This document shows positions 1 through 11,480 of a stretch of DNA of 64,000 nucleotides, piece after piece. Every line of letters begins with the position of its first letter. The first letter of the stretch is position 1. A program made the translations under genes and the position numbers. The DNA is taken from contig JAJCXX010000068.1 in assembly GCA_029263195.1 (NCBI GenBank), forward strand, positions 40,939 to 104,938. The letters are read 5' to 3'. Source of the DNA: Acidimicrobiales bacterium (GTDB taxonomy: Bacteria > Actinomycetota > Acidimicrobiia > Acidimicrobiales > Aldehydirespiratoraceae). The notes beneath the pieces are model-generated. The model was given only the letters and a program-made list of their open reading frames with translations, did no database searches and was not told where the DNA came from.

Positions 1-1
1 G

Positions 2-1543
2 CCCACCAACCGTGCGCTGGTTCGCGCCGACCAGGCCGACCTGATCTACAAGACCGAGCATGCCAAGTTCAAAGCGTGCCTGGAGGACATCTCCGAGCGA
101 CACGAGAGAGGTCAGCCGGTGCTGGTTGGCACGATCTCGGTCGAGAAGTCCGAGCTGCTCTCGCGGATGATGGAGGTGCGCGGCATTCCTCACGAGGTCC
201 TCAACGCCAAGCAGCATCATCGTGAGGCCGACATCGTGGTCCAGGCCGGCCGGCTCAACAAGATCACGGTCGCCACAAACATGGCCGGTCGTGGTGTCGA
301 CATCCTTCTCGGCGGAAATCCCGAGGGGCTTGCTCAGCGCGATTTGGGCGCTGAGGGTCTGTCGACCGACGTCGAGGAAGGAGCGGCCCGCTACAAGGAA
401 CTCCTGGAAAAGTACACCGAGATCACCGTGGCCGAAAAGGAGAAGGTTCTCGAACTCGGCGGCCTGTATGTTCTCGCCACCGAACGGCACGAGAGCCGTC
501 GTATCGACAATCAGCTACGTGGCCGGTCGGGCCGTCAGGGTGATCCGGGGGAAAGTCGCTTCTATCTTTCTCTCGAAGACGAGCTCATGCGCCTGTTTGC
601 CACGGGTGCCATGAACTGGGTGATGGACCGTGCTCTCGAGGAGGATGTCCCGATCGAGGCCAAGATGGTCAGCAAGGCCATCGAGAGAGCTCAGAACACC
701 GTCGAGCAGCGCAACGCCGAGACCCGCAAGAACGTTCTCGAATACGACGAGGTGATGAACGAGCAGCGCAAGGTCATCTACATGCGCCGGTCGCAGATCC
801 TCGACGGGAGCGACCTGAGGTCCGAAGTTCTCGAAAACATCGACGATGCGGTGAGCAACGTCTCATCCGTCTACGCCGCGTCCGAGGCGTTCGAGGAGTG
901 GGACGTCGACGGTTTGCTCACCGAGATCACCACACTGTGGCCCACGGAGCTCACCGCCGACGACCTCCGCGAGACCACGACCACCGAGGCGTTGGAGGAT
1001 CTGCTCTACGAAGACGGTGTTGTGGCCTACGAGGCGCGTGAAGGAGAACTCGGAGAGGAGATACTCCGTCAGGTGGAGCGTCAGGTGATGCTGCGTCTCA
1101 TCGACCAGCGTTGGCGCGAACACCTCCGTGAGATGGATCTCCTGCGTGAGGGCATCCATCTGAGGGCCATGGGTCAGAAGGATCCTGTCACCGAGTGGCA
1201 GCGCGAAGGTTTCGAGATGTTCGGTCTGATGATGACGGGCATCGCCCTCGACTTCATCAAATACATCATGCACGTGCAGGTGGCGATCAATCAGCAGCCC
1301 GAAGCAGCGCAGGGACAGCAACTCACCGGCGTCACCGAGCAGAAGAGCGACGCCTCACCCGGCACGGCTTCCAAGGCCATTCCTGATGCCGGCGCCCCCA
1401 AGCCGGTCGAGCCGAATATTCCCAAGTCGAGAGTCCCGATCGTGAAGTCCGACCTCGAAAAGGTCGGCCGCAACGATCCGTGCCCATGTGGCAGCGGCAA
1501 GAAGTACAAACACTGTCACGGCAGTTCTGGTGGGGCCGGGTAG
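2..1543 (+). CDS. secA: Preprotein translocase ATPase SecA, C-terminal part (5' end lies outside the window)
   Basis: Frame is open from base 2 ([19 protein letters not shown]...). SecA motifs [10 protein letters not shown] and [28 protein letters not shown]-terminal zinc motif [14 protein letters not shown]. Confidence 0.95.
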   Translation, partial: PTNRALVRADQADLIYKTEHAKFKACLEDISERHERGQPVLVGTISVEKSELLSRMMEVRGIPHEVLNAKQHHREADIVVQAGRLNKITVATNMAGRGVDILLGGNPEGLAQRDLGAEGLSTDVEEGAARYKELLEKYTEITVAEKEKVLELGGLYVLATERHESRRIDNQLRGRSGRQGDPGESRFYLSLEDELMRLFATGAMNWVMDRALEEDVPIEAKMVSKAIERAQNTVEQRNAETRKNVLEYDEVMNEQRKVIYMRRSQILDGSDLRSEVLENIDDAVSNVSSVYAASEAFEEWDVDGLLTEITTLWPTELTADDLRETTTTEALEDLLYEDGVVAYEAREGELGEEILRQVERQVMLRLIDQRWREHLREMDLLREGIHLRAMGQKDPVTEWQREGFEMFGLMMTGIALDFIKYIMHVQVAINQQPEAAQGQQLTGVTEQKSDASPGTASKAIPDAGAPKPVEPNIPKSRVPIVKSDLEKVGRNDPCPCGSGKKYKHCHGSSGGAG

Positions 1544-1579
1544 CGTCGTCACGCACCCTTCCCAGAATTCCCGGTACTC

Positions 1580-2689
1580 ATGCAGGACTTCACCGAGCAG
1601 ATCTCAGCGGTTCGTTCGCGCCTCGAAGAGGCGGAGGTCTATTTGCGTATCTCCGAACTCGAGGCCCGACGTCCGCAGTTGGAGGTCGAAGCCTCCCGCC
1701 CCGACCTCTGGAATGATCCCGACAAGGCTCGATCGGTTACTTCTGAGCTCGCGGCGGTCAACGAGGACCTGGAGGCCTTCGGTCGGTTGAGGGGCGGGGT
1801 CGATGACGTCGAGGTCCTTCATGAACTCGCTCGTGAAGAAGGGGACGAGTCGCTCGAGGGTGAGATCACCGAGTCCGTCGCTGATCTCGTATCGGCGCTC
1901 GACGATCTCGAGCTCCGATCACTGTTCACGGGCGAATTCGATGAGCGAGACGCCGTTTGCCAGGTGAAGTCGGGCGAGGGCGGAACCGACGCCCAGGACT
2001 GGGCCGAGATGCTCATGCGCATGTACAACCGTTGGGCCGACGGTCGCGGGTTGGAGATCGAGATCACCGCTGTATCCGAAGGCACTGAGGCCGGGCTGAG
2101 CTCCGTGGAGTTCATCGTGAAGGGGCGCCATGCCTACGGGCTGATGCAGTCCGAGCACGGAGTCCACCGACTGGTCCGGATCTCGCCGTTCAACAATGAG
2201 GGCAAGCGCCAGACGGCATTCAGTGCCGTGCAGGTGGCGCCGTTCTTCGAGGCAGTTGCTGACGAGATCGAGATCGATGAAAAGGACCTGCGTATCGACA
2301 CCTACCGTTCGTCGGGTGCCGGCGGCCAGCATGTCAACGTCACCGACTCGGCGGTGCGAATCACCCATCTTCCCACCGGCACGGTCACCAGTTGTCAGAA
2401 CGAACGAAGCCAGCATCAAAACAAGGACCGCGCCATGCAGATGATGGCGGGCAAGCTGTTGGTTCTTGAGCGCAAGAAGCGCGACGACGAGATCGCCGGA
2501 ATCACCGGCGAACAGCAAAACGTCGGCTTCGGTAGTCAGATTCGCAGCTACGTGATGCAGCCGTATCAAATGGTCAAGGACCTGAGAACGTCTCACGAGA
2601 CCGCTCAGGTCGAATCGGTTCTCAACGGCAACATCGACCAGTTCATGGAGGCTTGGCTTCAGTGGAGCCGAGCCAAGAACGAGGAGTGA
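1580..2689 (+). CDS. prfB: Peptide chain release factor 2
   Basis: 369 aa with GGQ motif (SGAGGQHVN) and RF2-type SPF region (RISPFN). Single uninterrupted ORF. Confidence 0.93.
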   Translation: MQDFTEQISAVRSRLEEAEVYLRISELEARRPQLEVEASRPDLWNDPDKARSVTSELAAVNEDLEAFGRLRGGVDDVEVLHELAREEGDESLEGEITESVADLVSALDDLELRSLFTGEFDERDAVCQVKSGEGGTDAQDWAEMLMRMYNRWADGRGLEIEITAVSEGTEAGLSSVEFIVKGRHAYGLMQSEHGVHRLVRISPFNNEGKRQTAFSAVQVAPFFEAVADEIEIDEKDLRIDTYRSSGAGGQHVNVTDSAVRITHLPTGTVTSCQNERSQHQNKDRAMQMMAGKLLVLERKKRDDEIAGITGEQQNVGFGSQIRSYVMQPYQMVKDLRTSHETAQVESVLNGNIDQFMEAWLQWSRAKNEE

Positions 2690-2768
2690 GCGTGATGGCA
2701 TTGACAAGGAATCCGTTCAGCGCACTGCTACCGTCTGTGCGCCGGGCGGCAGGTTCACCAGGAACGGC

Positions 2769-3446
2769 ATGATCAAGCTCGAAAACGTCACAAAGGTATA
2801 CAAGGGCGACGTAGTCGCCCTGCGAGATGCCACAGTCGACATAGCGAAGGGCGAGTTCGTCTTTCTCGTTGGCGCGTCCGGGTCAGGGAAGTCGACTTTC
2901 ATCAGACTTCTCAACCGTGAGGAAGTGCCGGAGAGCGGCACGATCTACATGGCCGGCAAAGACATCGGCGCTCTCGGATCCTGGAAGGTTCCGTACCTGC
3001 GGCGAAACATCGGATACATCTTCCAGGACTTCAAGCTTCTGCGGAAGAAGACCGTCTACGAAAACGTGGCGTTTGCTCTCGAGGTGATCGGCAAGCCCCG
3101 ACACGTGGTTCGCAAGCAAGTGCCGGCGATTCTGGAATTGGTCGGGCTTTCGAGCAAGATTGAGAACTTCCCCGATCAGCTCTCCGGCGGCGAGCAGCAA
3201 CGGGTTTCGATCGCTCGTGCTTTCGTCAACCGGCCGCTGATCCTGCTGGCCGACGAACCAACCGGCAACCTCGATCCTCAAACGTCGGTGGGCATCATGC
3301 GATTGCTCGATCGAATCAATCGCACCGGCACCACCGTTGTGATGGCCACTCACGACCGGGGCATCGTCGACACGATGCGCCGGCGCGTGATCGAACTCGA
3401 CGGGGGTTCGATCGTCCGCGATCAGGCCCGCGGCGTCTACGAGTAG
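2769..3446 (+). CDS. ftsE: Cell-division ABC transporter ATP-binding protein FtsE
   Basis: Walker [10 protein letters not shown], signature LSGGEQQR, Walker B ILLADEPT. Directly followed by ftsX. Confidence 0.92.
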   Translation: MIKLENVTKVYKGDVVALRDATVDIAKGEFVFLVGASGSGKSTFIRLLNREEVPESGTIYMAGKDIGALGSWKVPYLRRNIGYIFQDFKLLRKKTVYENVAFALEVIGKPRHVVRKQVPAILELVGLSSKIENFPDQLSGGEQQRVSIARAFVNRPLILLADEPTGNLDPQTSVGIMRLLDRINRTGTTVVMATHDRGIVDTMRRRVIELDGGSIVRDQARGVYE

Positions 3447-3454
3447 GAGCAGCA

Positions 3455-4351
3455 GTGGCCATAAGCCCCGTATACGCCATTCGGGAGACCGCCCAGAATC
3501 TCTGGCGCAACATTCTCCTGACCTCCGCCACCATCATCACCATCGGCGTTTCGTTGTGGTTGTTCGGTGGGTTCTTCCTCTTCAACTACGCGGTCGGCAA
3601 CGCCACGGCGCGATGGGAGGGCGGCATCGAGTTCGTGGTCTGGATGAACGCCGACGGCACTCCGGAGCAGGATGCCGCTATTCGCACCGCGCTCGACGAG
3701 AGTCCGGAGATCAAGGACTGGGACTATGTCGACCAGGACGGGGCGTTCGAGGAGTTCAAGGACCTCTTTGCCGACACCCCGGAGCTGATTGCTACGGTCT
3801 CACCCGAGATTCTTCCGCCTTCTTATCGCGTGGTTCCGGCTGATCCCGACGCCGACGTCGTGAGGGAGTTGGCCGACCAGTTCAAGGGAAGACCCGGGGT
3901 GAGAAGTGTCGTCTCGGCCGATGAGACCATTCGCGCCATTCAGAAACAGGCCGACAAGATCGGAATCGTTTTCTTCATCGGTTCAGTCATTCTCCTGGGC
4001 GCGGCCACATTGTTGATTCTCACCAACATCGTGAGCGCCATCAAGAGTCGTGGTGAAGAGATCGAGATCATGAAGGTGGTCGGCGCCACCAACTGGTTCA
4101 TTCGAATACCGTTCATGATCGAGGGTCTAGCTCAGGCCGTTTTTGGCGCATTGGGTGCTTGGGGCGGCTTGTGGGCGCTCGACAAATGGGTGATCTCAGG
4201 TTTCAACGACACCGACAGTCTGGCTCTGCTCGACGGGTTCAAGGTCTCGGATTCGGAGTTCACCCAGACCTCGCTGATGATTCTCGGCATCGCTGTTTTG
4301 GTGTCGGTGATCGGCTCGGCGGTGGCTGTGACCAGATATCTCGACGCCTGA
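3455..4351 (+). CDS. ftsX: Cell-division permease-like protein FtsX
   Basis: 298 aa: N-terminal TM, periplasmic domain, three C-terminal TM helices. 8 bp after ftsE; GTG start. Confidence 0.88.
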   Translation: MAISPVYAIRETAQNLWRNILLTSATIITIGVSLWLFGGFFLFNYAVGNATARWEGGIEFVVWMNADGTPEQDAAIRTALDESPEIKDWDYVDQDGAFEEFKDLFADTPELIATVSPEILPPSYRVVPADPDADVVRELADQFKGRPGVRSVVSADETIRAIQKQADKIGIVFFIGSVILLGAATLLILTNIVSAIKSRGEEIEIMKVVGATNWFIRIPFMIEGLAQAVFGALGAWGGLWALDKWVISGFNDTDSLALLDGFKVSDSEFTQTSLMILGIAVLVSVIGSAVAVTRYLDA

Positions 4352-4405
4352 ATCTGCGGGTCCGGTTCGTCGCACGGGTATCGGCCGGGTGAGTAGCATC
4401 GTCGA

Positions 4406-5251
4406 ATGACCGAACTGCAGCCCTTTCATGCCGGGATCGACTTCGGCGAGGGGCCACGTTGGCACAACGGACGTCTCTGGTTCTCCGACTTCTACCGACA
4501 CGGGGTGTTCACGGTCGACCTCGATGGCAATGAGACCCTGATCGTCACCGTCGAGGGGCAGCCATCCGGGTTGGGGTGGATGCCCGACGGCACGCTGCTC
4601 ATCGTCTCGATGCGAGACCAGAGATTGCTGCGCTTGGATGGCGACGGATCGTTGTCCGAGCACGCCGACTTGAGTGGGTTGGCCACAGGCCACTGCAACG
4701 ACATGGTGGTCGCGGCCGACGGAACGGCCTATGTGGGGTACTTCGGATTCGATCTGGAGAGCGGTGAGACCCCGGCCCCAGCCCGACTCATCGCTGTCTC
4801 GAGCGATGGCTCGCCTCGGGCGGTCGACGGAGAGTTGTTGTTCCCCAACGGCGTGGTGATCACCCCCGACGACAAGACCCTCATCGTGGCGGAGACCTTC
4901 GGGAGTCGGTTCGGGGCTTTCACCATCACCGACGACGGCGATCTGGTCGATCAGCGGATCTGGGCCGAGACACCGGGGCTGGTGCCGGATGGATGCTGCC
5001 TCGATGCCGACGGCGGAATCTGGTTTGCCGATCCGGTCGGGGCCGGCGTTTACAGAGTGATCGAAGGGGGAGAGATCACTCGATCGATCCCGACCAGTCA
5101 GCCGGCTATCGCCTGCATGCTCGGAGGAGACGATCTTCGGACGCTGTTCGTGCTCAGCTCACCCGGCACTCATCCCGACGATGTTGCCGGCAAGGGTGGG
5201 TCGCTCATCGAAACCGTCATCGTGGACTCTCCGGCCGCCGGCCGGCCCTGA
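4406..5251 (+). CDS. SMP-30/gluconolactonase/LRE-like beta-propeller protein
   Basis: 281 aa with repeated propeller-like strands (EGPRWHNGRLWFSD, PDGCCLDADGGIWFAD), typical of the SGL family. Confidence 0.7.
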   Translation: MTELQPFHAGIDFGEGPRWHNGRLWFSDFYRHGVFTVDLDGNETLIVTVEGQPSGLGWMPDGTLLIVSMRDQRLLRLDGDGSLSEHADLSGLATGHCNDMVVAADGTAYVGYFGFDLESGETPAPARLIAVSSDGSPRAVDGELLFPNGVVITPDDKTLIVAETFGSRFGAFTITDDGDLVDQRIWAETPGLVPDGCCLDADGGIWFADPVGAGVYRVIEGGEITRSIPTSQPAIACMLGGDDLRTLFVLSSPGTHPDDVAGKGGSLIETVIVDSPAAGRP

Positions 5252-5255
5252 TCCG

Positions 5256-6296
5256 GTGACGGTCGACCCCTCGATTGTCGATCTCGAGGCGCTGAGGGTG
5301 TGGATGGACGAACGCGGGCTCGGTGAGGGCGAACTGATCGGCGTTGTGGCCCTCACGGGAGGTACTCAGAACCTGTTGCTTCGCTTTCGTCGCGGTGACC
5401 GTGACTACGTGTTGAGACGTCCGCCCGTTCACAAGCGGGCCAACAGCGACGAAACCATGCGACGCGAGTCGAGAATTCTGGGAGCACTCAAAGGGACCGA
5501 CGTTCCGCATCCCGATCTCATTGCGGCCGAGCCCGACGAGTCGGTGTTGGGGGCCAGTTTCTATCTGATGGAAGCAGTCGAGGGTTTCATCCCAGGAGCC
5601 GGCTTGCCCTCGCTTCACGCCGATGATCCAGACGTGCGGCGGGCCATGGGGATCTCGTTCGTCGACGCCGCCGCGACTCTCGGAGCTATCGACCACAAGG
5701 AAATCGGTTTGGAGGACTTCGGCCGACCCGACGGCTATCTCGAGCGGCAGGTGCCGCGATGGCTCGCCCAACTCGACTCGTTCTCCGAGCTCGACGGGTA
5801 TCCCGGCCCCGACATCCCTCATCTGGCTGAGATCGGCCGCTGGCTCGACGAAAACAGGCCAAGAAGCTTCGAGCCCGGGATCCTGCACGGTGATTTCCAC
5901 CTTGGCAACGTCATGTTCCGCAACGATGCTCCTGATGTGGCTGCGGTCGTCGACTGGGAGTTGGCGACGGTGGGCGATCCGCTGGTCGATCTGGGGCTGA
6001 TAATCGCGATGTGGCCCGAAGACGACGGACAATCGGCATTGTCATCGATCCAACCCTGGGAGGGATTTCCCACCGCCGACGAACTCGTGGACCGATACCG
6101 AGTCAACACCACTCGCGACATGTCGATGATCGAGTGGTACGGCGTATTGGCTTGTTTCAAGACCGGCATCATTCTCGAGGGCACCAACGCACGAGCCAAG
6201 GCCGGTCAGGCCTCAACGGAGATCGGCGACATGCTCCACGCCGTTACGGTGAGCCTCTTCGAACGTGGCTGGTCGATCGTGACCCGGCTCGGCTGA
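5256..6296 (+). CDS. Phosphotransferase-family (APH-like) kinase
   Basis: Kinase motifs ILHGDFHLGNVMF and VVDWELATVGDP. In-frame GTG at 5256 just after the upstream stop is preferred over the 5181 ORF start, which overlaps the upstream gene by 71 bp. Confidence 0.8.
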   Translation: MTVDPSIVDLEALRVWMDERGLGEGELIGVVALTGGTQNLLLRFRRGDRDYVLRRPPVHKRANSDETMRRESRILGALKGTDVPHPDLIAAEPDESVLGASFYLMEAVEGFIPGAGLPSLHADDPDVRRAMGISFVDAAATLGAIDHKEIGLEDFGRPDGYLERQVPRWLAQLDSFSELDGYPGPDIPHLAEIGRWLDENRPRSFEPGILHGDFHLGNVMFRNDAPDVAAVVDWELATVGDPLVDLGLIIAMWPEDDGQSALSSIQPWEGFPTADELVDRYRVNTTRDMSMIEWYGVLACFKTGIILEGTNARAKAGQASTEIGDMLHAVTVSLFERGWSIVTRLG

Positions 6297-6297
6297 G

Positions 6298-7344
6298 TCA
6301 GGTTTCCGAGGCGTTGGTGGTGAGCAGAGAGTGGACCTTCACGGGTAGGTCGAAGCCTTTGAGCATGCGTCGACCAGCGGGCTCGCTGACAACGGAATCG
6401 GTCATGGCAATCGAGTCGTCGACCAGAACCTCGCCGGGTACGGCTGCGGCGACAAGTCGGGCAGCAAGGTTCACCACCGGGCCGAAGTAGTCGCCGTGAA
6501 GGTTGACGAGATCACCCTTGGCGATCCCGCCCCGTGGCACGACATGTTGATCGGAGTAGCTGTGCATCATCCCGAGGGCGAAAGCGGCTGCATCCGCGGA
6601 GTGCTCGGCTACGAACATGACTTCGTCACCGACCAGTTTCACGACTCGAGCATCGAGGTCGTGTGCGAGTTCGTGGGCTTGAGACTCGAATCGCTTGATC
6701 AGGTCGACCAATTGGCCGGGTGCCAGTTCGTGCGATAGCGACGTGAAACCGACGAGATCGACGAAACCGACCACCATCTGGACCACCTCGCGGTACTGGT
6801 CGCTCTGGGTGCGGCGCTGGCGTAGTGTCGCCTGTCTGAGATGGTGCCGGAAGGCGGTGGGGAGATGCTCGCCGAGTTCCAGACCAATGTCCGACATCGC
6901 CAAGTTGAGTTCGAGATGTTCGACCGGATTGCGTGTGCGGGTCTCGGGCCCCTGGACATGGCTCGCCACTCCGGCCTCGGCGGTGGCCGCAAGGGCCGTG
7001 CCGGCGACGTGCAGTATCTCGATGCCTTCTGACTCCATGAGTGAGTCGTTGGCGGCTGACTCGAGAAAGTCGACCAGTTCGATGTCGCGCTCATTGAACA
7101 GAATCTCACGTGGGGTGGGCGAGGCGATGCCGAGATGGTGAAGGTTGTCGATCACCCGTTCTTCGGGGAGTCCGGTCACTTCGGCCAGATCTTCGATGCT
7201 GAGGGTATCGCCACGGGAGAACGCGAAATCAGCGATGAGGCTTACCGCCTCCTCCAGATCGTCGGGAATGTCGTCGGCACACGCTCCCTCCTCGAGAAGG
7301 ATCTCTCTCACTCGCTGGCGCTGCCACTCCACGTCGGAGGTCAT
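6298..7344 (-). CDS. Class III adenylate/guanylate cyclase with an N-terminal domain of unknown function
   Basis: C-terminal cyclase homology domain (VGFVDLVGFTSLS ... KLVGDEVMFV ... GPVVNLAARL). Confidence 0.82.
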   Translation of the reverse strand: MTSDVEWQRQRVREILLEEGACADDIPDDLEEAVSLIADFAFSRGDTLSIEDLAEVTGLPEERVIDNLHHLGIASPTPREILFNERDIELVDFLESAANDSLMESEGIEILHVAGTALAATAEAGVASHVQGPETRTRNPVEHLELNLAMSDIGLELGEHLPTAFRHHLRQATLRQRRTQSDQYREVVQMVVGFVDLVGFTSLSHELAPGQLVDLIKRFESQAHELAHDLDARVVKLVGDEVMFVAEHSADAAAFALGMMHSYSDQHVVPRGGIAKGDLVNLHGDYFGPVVNLAARLVAAAVPGEVLVDDSIAMTDSVVSEPAGRRMLKGFDLPVKVHSLLTTNASET

Positions 7345-7398
7345 GTGTTCGACGGTACAACTTGAAGTGATCGCGGGCCTTGTCGCCCGATCAGATGC

Positions 7399-8367
7399 TC
7401 AGGCGACCGCGGAATCGATTCGGGACATGACCTCGTCGTCGAGCGCCGGTAGTACATCGAGCGCTCCCATGTTGGCGACAACCTGCTCGACTCGTGACGC
7501 ACCGGTTATCACACTCGACACATTGGGATTCTTGAGGCACCATGCGAGCGAAAGTTGAGCTAGTGAGCATCCGAGCTCATCGGCGATGGGCACGAGCTTG
7601 CGCACCTTGGCGTTGCTGCCTTCGTCGGTGATGATGTCGGCGAGCCATTCGTAGCCACCGACTGTGGCCCGTGACCCCTCGGGGACTCCGTCGAGATATT
7701 TGCCGGTGAGAACTCCCGAAGCCAGGGGACTCCAGGTGGTGAGTCCCAGGCCGAGGTCGTCGTAGAGCCGGGCGAACTTCCTCTCGACGCGAGACCGTTC
7801 GAGGATGTTGTATTGCGGCTGCTCGACGACAGGCTTGTGTAGATGATGGCGCTCGGCGATCTCCCAGGCGGCGCGAATCTCGTCGGCTTCCCATTCCGAT
7901 GTTCCCCAGTACAACGCCTTGCCCGACGCGATCATGTCGTGCATGGCCCAAACGGTCTCCTCGATCGGTGTTTCGCGATCGGAGCGGTGACAGTAGACGA
8001 GATCGACGAAGTCGAGTCCGAGTCGTTCGAGCGAAGCGTCGATCCCCTGCATGAGGTACTTGCGGTTGAGCGTGAACTTCATGTTGATGTCGTCGTGGAG
8101 GCCCCAGTAGAGCTTTGTCGACACGACATAGGACCATCTCGGCCAGTTCTGTTCGGCGAAGACCTTGCCCATGATCGTCTCGGAGGCCCCACCGGCGTAG
8201 GCCTCGGCGTTGTCAAAGAAGTTGACGCCTGCGTCGCGCGCCGCCGACATGCAGTCGGTGGCGAGTCCGGTGTCGAGCTGGTCCCCGAACGTGACCCACG
8301 ATCCGAACGAGAGAGCGGAGACCTTGAGACCCGATCCCCCGAGCCGTCGGTATGGCATCTCGGTCAT
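7399..8367 (-). CDS. Aldo/keto reductase (Kv-beta-like)
   Basis: [37 protein letters not shown] and GTSEW motifs. Internal ATG at 8367 is preferred over the ORF start at 8403. Confidence 0.85.
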   Translation of the reverse strand: MTEMPYRRLGGSGLKVSALSFGSWVTFGDQLDTGLATDCMSAARDAGVNFFDNAEAYAGGASETIMGKVFAEQNWPRWSYVVSTKLYWGLHDDINMKFTLNRKYLMQGIDASLERLGLDFVDLVYCHRSDRETPIEETVWAMHDMIASGKALYWGTSEWEADEIRAAWEIAERHHLHKPVVEQPQYNILERSRVERKFARLYDDLGLGLTTWSPLASGVLTGKYLDGVPEGSRATVGGYEWLADIITDEGSNAKVRKLVPIADELGCSLAQLSLAWCLKNPNVSSVITGASRVEQVVANMGALDVLPALDDEVMSRIDSAVA

Positions 8368-8461
8368 TGTTGGGCCTCCATGGAGTCGACTGTGGAGCCG
8401 CATCCTGCCGCGGTTTCGGTGCTTCTGCTACCCGGCTTCGGTGTGAGTTGCCGGAGCGAGA

Positions 8462-10096
8462 TCAGCTGGAGGTTCGCTGGGCCCTGAGTTGGCGCATGGC
8501 TTCCCCCCGGCTGGCCTCCATCGGGTCCCAGTCATCGGGGTCGGGAGGAAAGATGGAGGCGTCCACCAATGGGACGGCATCGGGAGCGAGGACCCTCATG
8601 AGATCGCGTCCGGTGACCGCCGAAGCACAACCGATCCCTCCAACCATCGTGCCGAGGATCCCGTGCCCTGATTGTGTACTGGCGCCCACCAGGTAGAGAT
8701 TCTCGATCTCGGTGGCGTAGCCGGGGCGGAACGGCCCGGTCTGGTCGGGGCTGGCCATCAGTCCGTAGGAGGTGCCGGAGGTGGATCGGGTGTAACGCTC
8801 CTGGGTGAGCGGCGTAGCGGTCTCGATGTGAACGATTCGGTCACGGAATGGTCCGATGGCCTTCTCGGCCTGGTCGATCAGCGACTCGGTGATCTGTGAC
8901 TTCCGCTCTCGGTAGGTGTCGTTACGTCGGTAGAGGGTGCCGTCGGTGGGCCCCGATTCGACTCCCCATGTGTGATAGTCGCGGGGTGCGAGGGTCATGA
9001 TCTGGAAGTTGGTGTGACCAGGCGGGCAGAGCCTCTTGTTGTCGGGGTCCTTGAGCGACGCGAAAGCCATGTAGGCGAACGGTTCGTCGGGAAATTCTCC
9101 CTTCCTCAGGGCTTCGTAGGGGGCCTCCGCATCGAACGACGGGAAGACGAAGAAGTTGGTGTTGGGGATTCGAGCGGAGAGGTCGGTGTCGACGACGACG
9201 TAGACGCAAAGCAGCGGATATGTCATCACCGCGTCGGTGACGGTGGCCGCGGTCTCTTCGGTGAGGTGATCAGCGCCGACGAGGTCGAGCATGGTGCGTT
9301 TGTAGTCGGCGTTGGAGATCACCACGTCTGCGGCGATGATCTCGCCTGATTCGAGTTCGACTCCCGTGGCCCTGCCGTCCTCGACCACGATGCGGCGGGC
9401 TGTGGTGTTCACCCGGACTTCGCCGCCACAGGCTTCGATCACCTCGACCAGACGTGCGGGAAGCATCTGGCCCCCACCTTCGGGATAGCTCGCGCCGGTC
9501 ATGTAGTGGTCGGTGATCACTGCATGGATTGCCACGGCGCTTTCGTGTGGCGCGGAGCCGTAGAGCCCACTCCAGTGACTGACCACGCCTCGGCATTCCG
9601 GGGACAGCCCGCAGTGGTCGTAGAGGCTGCTGAGCGAGGCAAGTCCCCACTGGAACAGATGGTCGCCGCTGCCGGCGCGGGCCTGGATCGCGACCGCCCG
9701 AAGGATCTCGATGTAGTCGGCGATCGCCTGCTCATCGTGGGGGAAGTGGTCGGTGAGTCGCTGGGTGTATTCATCCCATCCAGAGGGAACTCGGAAGGTG
9801 AAATCCGGGAATATCAAGGTGTCGAACTCATGGTCGAGAGGTCGAAAAGTGATTCGGTCGGCGATTCCCAAGGCCCGGAGCAGTGAGTGCATGAAGCTGC
9901 CCGGTGAGGTGTTGCCGAGGTAGTGGAGGCCGACGTCGAATTCGTAGTCACCGTGACGAAACACTGTGCAATTGCCGCCGGCGATGGTGTGGTGCTCGAT
10001 CACAGTGACGCTGTGGCCGACGGCGGCGAGCGTGGCGGCAGCGGTTAGTCCTCCCGGACCTGATCCGATCACGACTACACGACTTGATTCAGACAC
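8462..10096 (-). CDS. FAD/NAD(P)-dependent oxidoreductase, phytoene-desaturase (CrtI) family
   Basis: N-terminal dinucleotide fold VVVIGSGPGGLTAAATLA; 544 aa, the usual CrtI-like length. Overlaps the upstream WS/DGAT gene by 8 bp. Confidence 0.78.
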   Translation of the reverse strand: MSESSRVVVIGSGPGGLTAAATLAAVGHSVTVIEHHTIAGGNCTVFRHGDYEFDVGLHYLGNTSPGSFMHSLLRALGIADRITFRPLDHEFDTLIFPDFTFRVPSGWDEYTQRLTDHFPHDEQAIADYIEILRAVAIQARAGSGDHLFQWGLASLSSLYDHCGLSPECRGVVSHWSGLYGSAPHESAVAIHAVITDHYMTGASYPEGGGQMLPARLVEVIEACGGEVRVNTTARRIVVEDGRATGVELESGEIIAADVVISNADYKRTMLDLVGADHLTEETAATVTDAVMTYPLLCVYVVVDTDLSARIPNTNFFVFPSFDAEAPYEALRKGEFPDEPFAYMAFASLKDPDNKRLCPPGHTNFQIMTLAPRDYHTWGVESGPTDGTLYRRNDTYRERKSQITESLIDQAEKAIGPFRDRIVHIETATPLTQERYTRSTSGTSYGLMASPDQTGPFRPGYATEIENLYLVGASTQSGHGILGTMVGGIGCASAVTGRDLMRVLAPDAVPLVDASIFPPDPDDWDPMEASRGEAMRQLRAQRTSS

Positions 10097-11477
10097 CAGT
10101 GGCCTCCGCTAGCTCGTCTACGGCGGGCGCGATCCGCTCCGCAATGTTCCAAACATCGTCGACTATGTCAGGGCATGAGATGAATCCAAAATCGACCCGA
10201 TCTCCCTGCGACACCACTGAGATGTTGACTCCGGATCCGTAGAGCAGCGGACCCAGTGGATACATCGCCTTCACTCTCGCACCCCGCACGAACAGATCGA
10301 AGGCGGGGCCCGCCACGTTGGACACGATCAGGTTGAACACGGGCGGCAGCCGCTGCTCGAGACCAGCACGTGTCACCGCCCGAGCCGCCAAATTGATGAA
10401 CAGCGGTGGCGTGGCATCGGTGAGGTTGATGTTGTGAAGATCGGTGAGTTCGGTTCGCATCTCCTTGGCGCTGATAGTGCTGTCCTGAATAGTCGTCAGA
10501 CGCTCGAGGGGATCGTCGATCTCGGTCGCCAACGAAGCGAACATCGCCGCGACCTTGGTGCCAACCTCGGTGTCTCCCGGCGATCGGACAGAGACCGGCA
10601 CTTGGGCGATCAGGGGCGTGTCGGGCAGCTCGCCCTTGTCGAGAAGATAGGAACGCAATGCCCCGCCACAGGTGGCGAGGACCACGTCGTTGACGGTGGT
10701 TTCGGAGGCGTTCTTGATGGCCTTGAGGGTCTTCAGATCGGTGACGGCATGGGCGAACTCCCTGAGGCCGGTGAGTCTGCCGTTGATGCTGGTGCGAGGG
10801 GCCTGGAACGGCTGCTTCGGGGTGATGTCGTGAAAGGCATGGCGCACCACTGCGGCGGTCTGACGAATCGTCTGATCGGCTACCTGAGCGGTGCGTATCG
10901 GCCATGTGGCCAGAGAGCCGGCGAGTTCGGCGGCCATTCTGAGGTTGGTCGGGGCCAGCTCGGGCCGATAGGCGGGTGGGGCCGGGTCGGGTGTCGCGTC
11001 GGCTTCGGTGTCGTAGAGGGTGGTGAGCAGGTCCGTGCCGGTCGTGCCGTCGATGATGGAGTGGTGGATCTTGGTCAGAAGGGCGATGTCGCCGGATTCG
11101 AGTCCTTCGATGTACCACATCTCCCAGAGGGGATGTGACCGGTCGATCTTGAAGCTCACGAGTTGACCAATGAGGGTGCCGAGGGCGCGATCGTCGCCCG
11201 GTGCGGGTAGAGCGACGTGACGCAGGTGGCGCCGAACTGCGAAGTCCGGATCGTCGACGAATATGGGCCGATCGAGACCGGCCGGTTGTGTCATCAACTT
11301 CCAGCGGAGCTGTGGGACGAGGTGAACTCGGTTCTCGATGTGTTCGGCGAGGCCGGCGAACTCCGGTGTTCGCGGCGCGGTCGATGGGTCGAGGATGGTC
11401 ACCGCCGAGACGTGGAAGTGCCATTCGGGTCGCTCACCGTAGAGGAACGCAGTGTCGGGGCCGGCGAGCTTGCGCAT
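10089..11477 (-). CDS. Wax ester synthase / diacylglycerol acyltransferase (WS/DGAT)
   Basis: 462 aa with the catalytic HHxxxDG motif (HHSIIDGTTG) and a family-typical C-terminal region. Confidence 0.9.
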   Translation of the reverse strand: MRKLAGPDTAFLYGERPEWHFHVSAVTILDPSTAPRTPEFAGLAEHIENRVHLVPQLRWKLMTQPAGLDRPIFVDDPDFAVRRHLRHVALPAPGDDRALGTLIGQLVSFKIDRSHPLWEMWYIEGLESGDIALLTKIHHSIIDGTTGTDLLTTLYDTEADATPDPAPPAYRPELAPTNLRMAAELAGSLATWPIRTAQVADQTIRQTAAVVRHAFHDITPKQPFQAPRTSINGRLTGLREFAHAVTDLKTLKAIKNASETTVNDVVLATCGGALRSYLLDKGELPDTPLIAQVPVSVRSPGDTEVGTKVAAMFASLATEIDDPLERLTTIQDSTISAKEMRTELTDLHNINLTDATPPLFINLAARAVTRAGLEQRLPPVFNLIVSNVAGPAFDLFVRGARVKAMYPLGPLLYGSGVNISVVSQGDRVDFGFISCPDIVDDVWNIAERIAPAVDELAEATGV

Positions 11478-11480
11478 GGG

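Noticed and set aside
1580-2689. Looked for the programmed +1 frameshift (in-frame UGA near codon 25) that is common in bacterial prfB.
   Set aside because: The ORF is continuous for 369 aa from an ATG, with the N-terminal RF2 region in frame. No frameshift site is needed or visible.
5181-5255. Considered the upstream extension of the phosphotransferase ORF.
   Set aside because: It overlaps the gluconolactonase-like gene by 71 bp. An in-frame GTG at 5256 lies immediately after that gene's stop.
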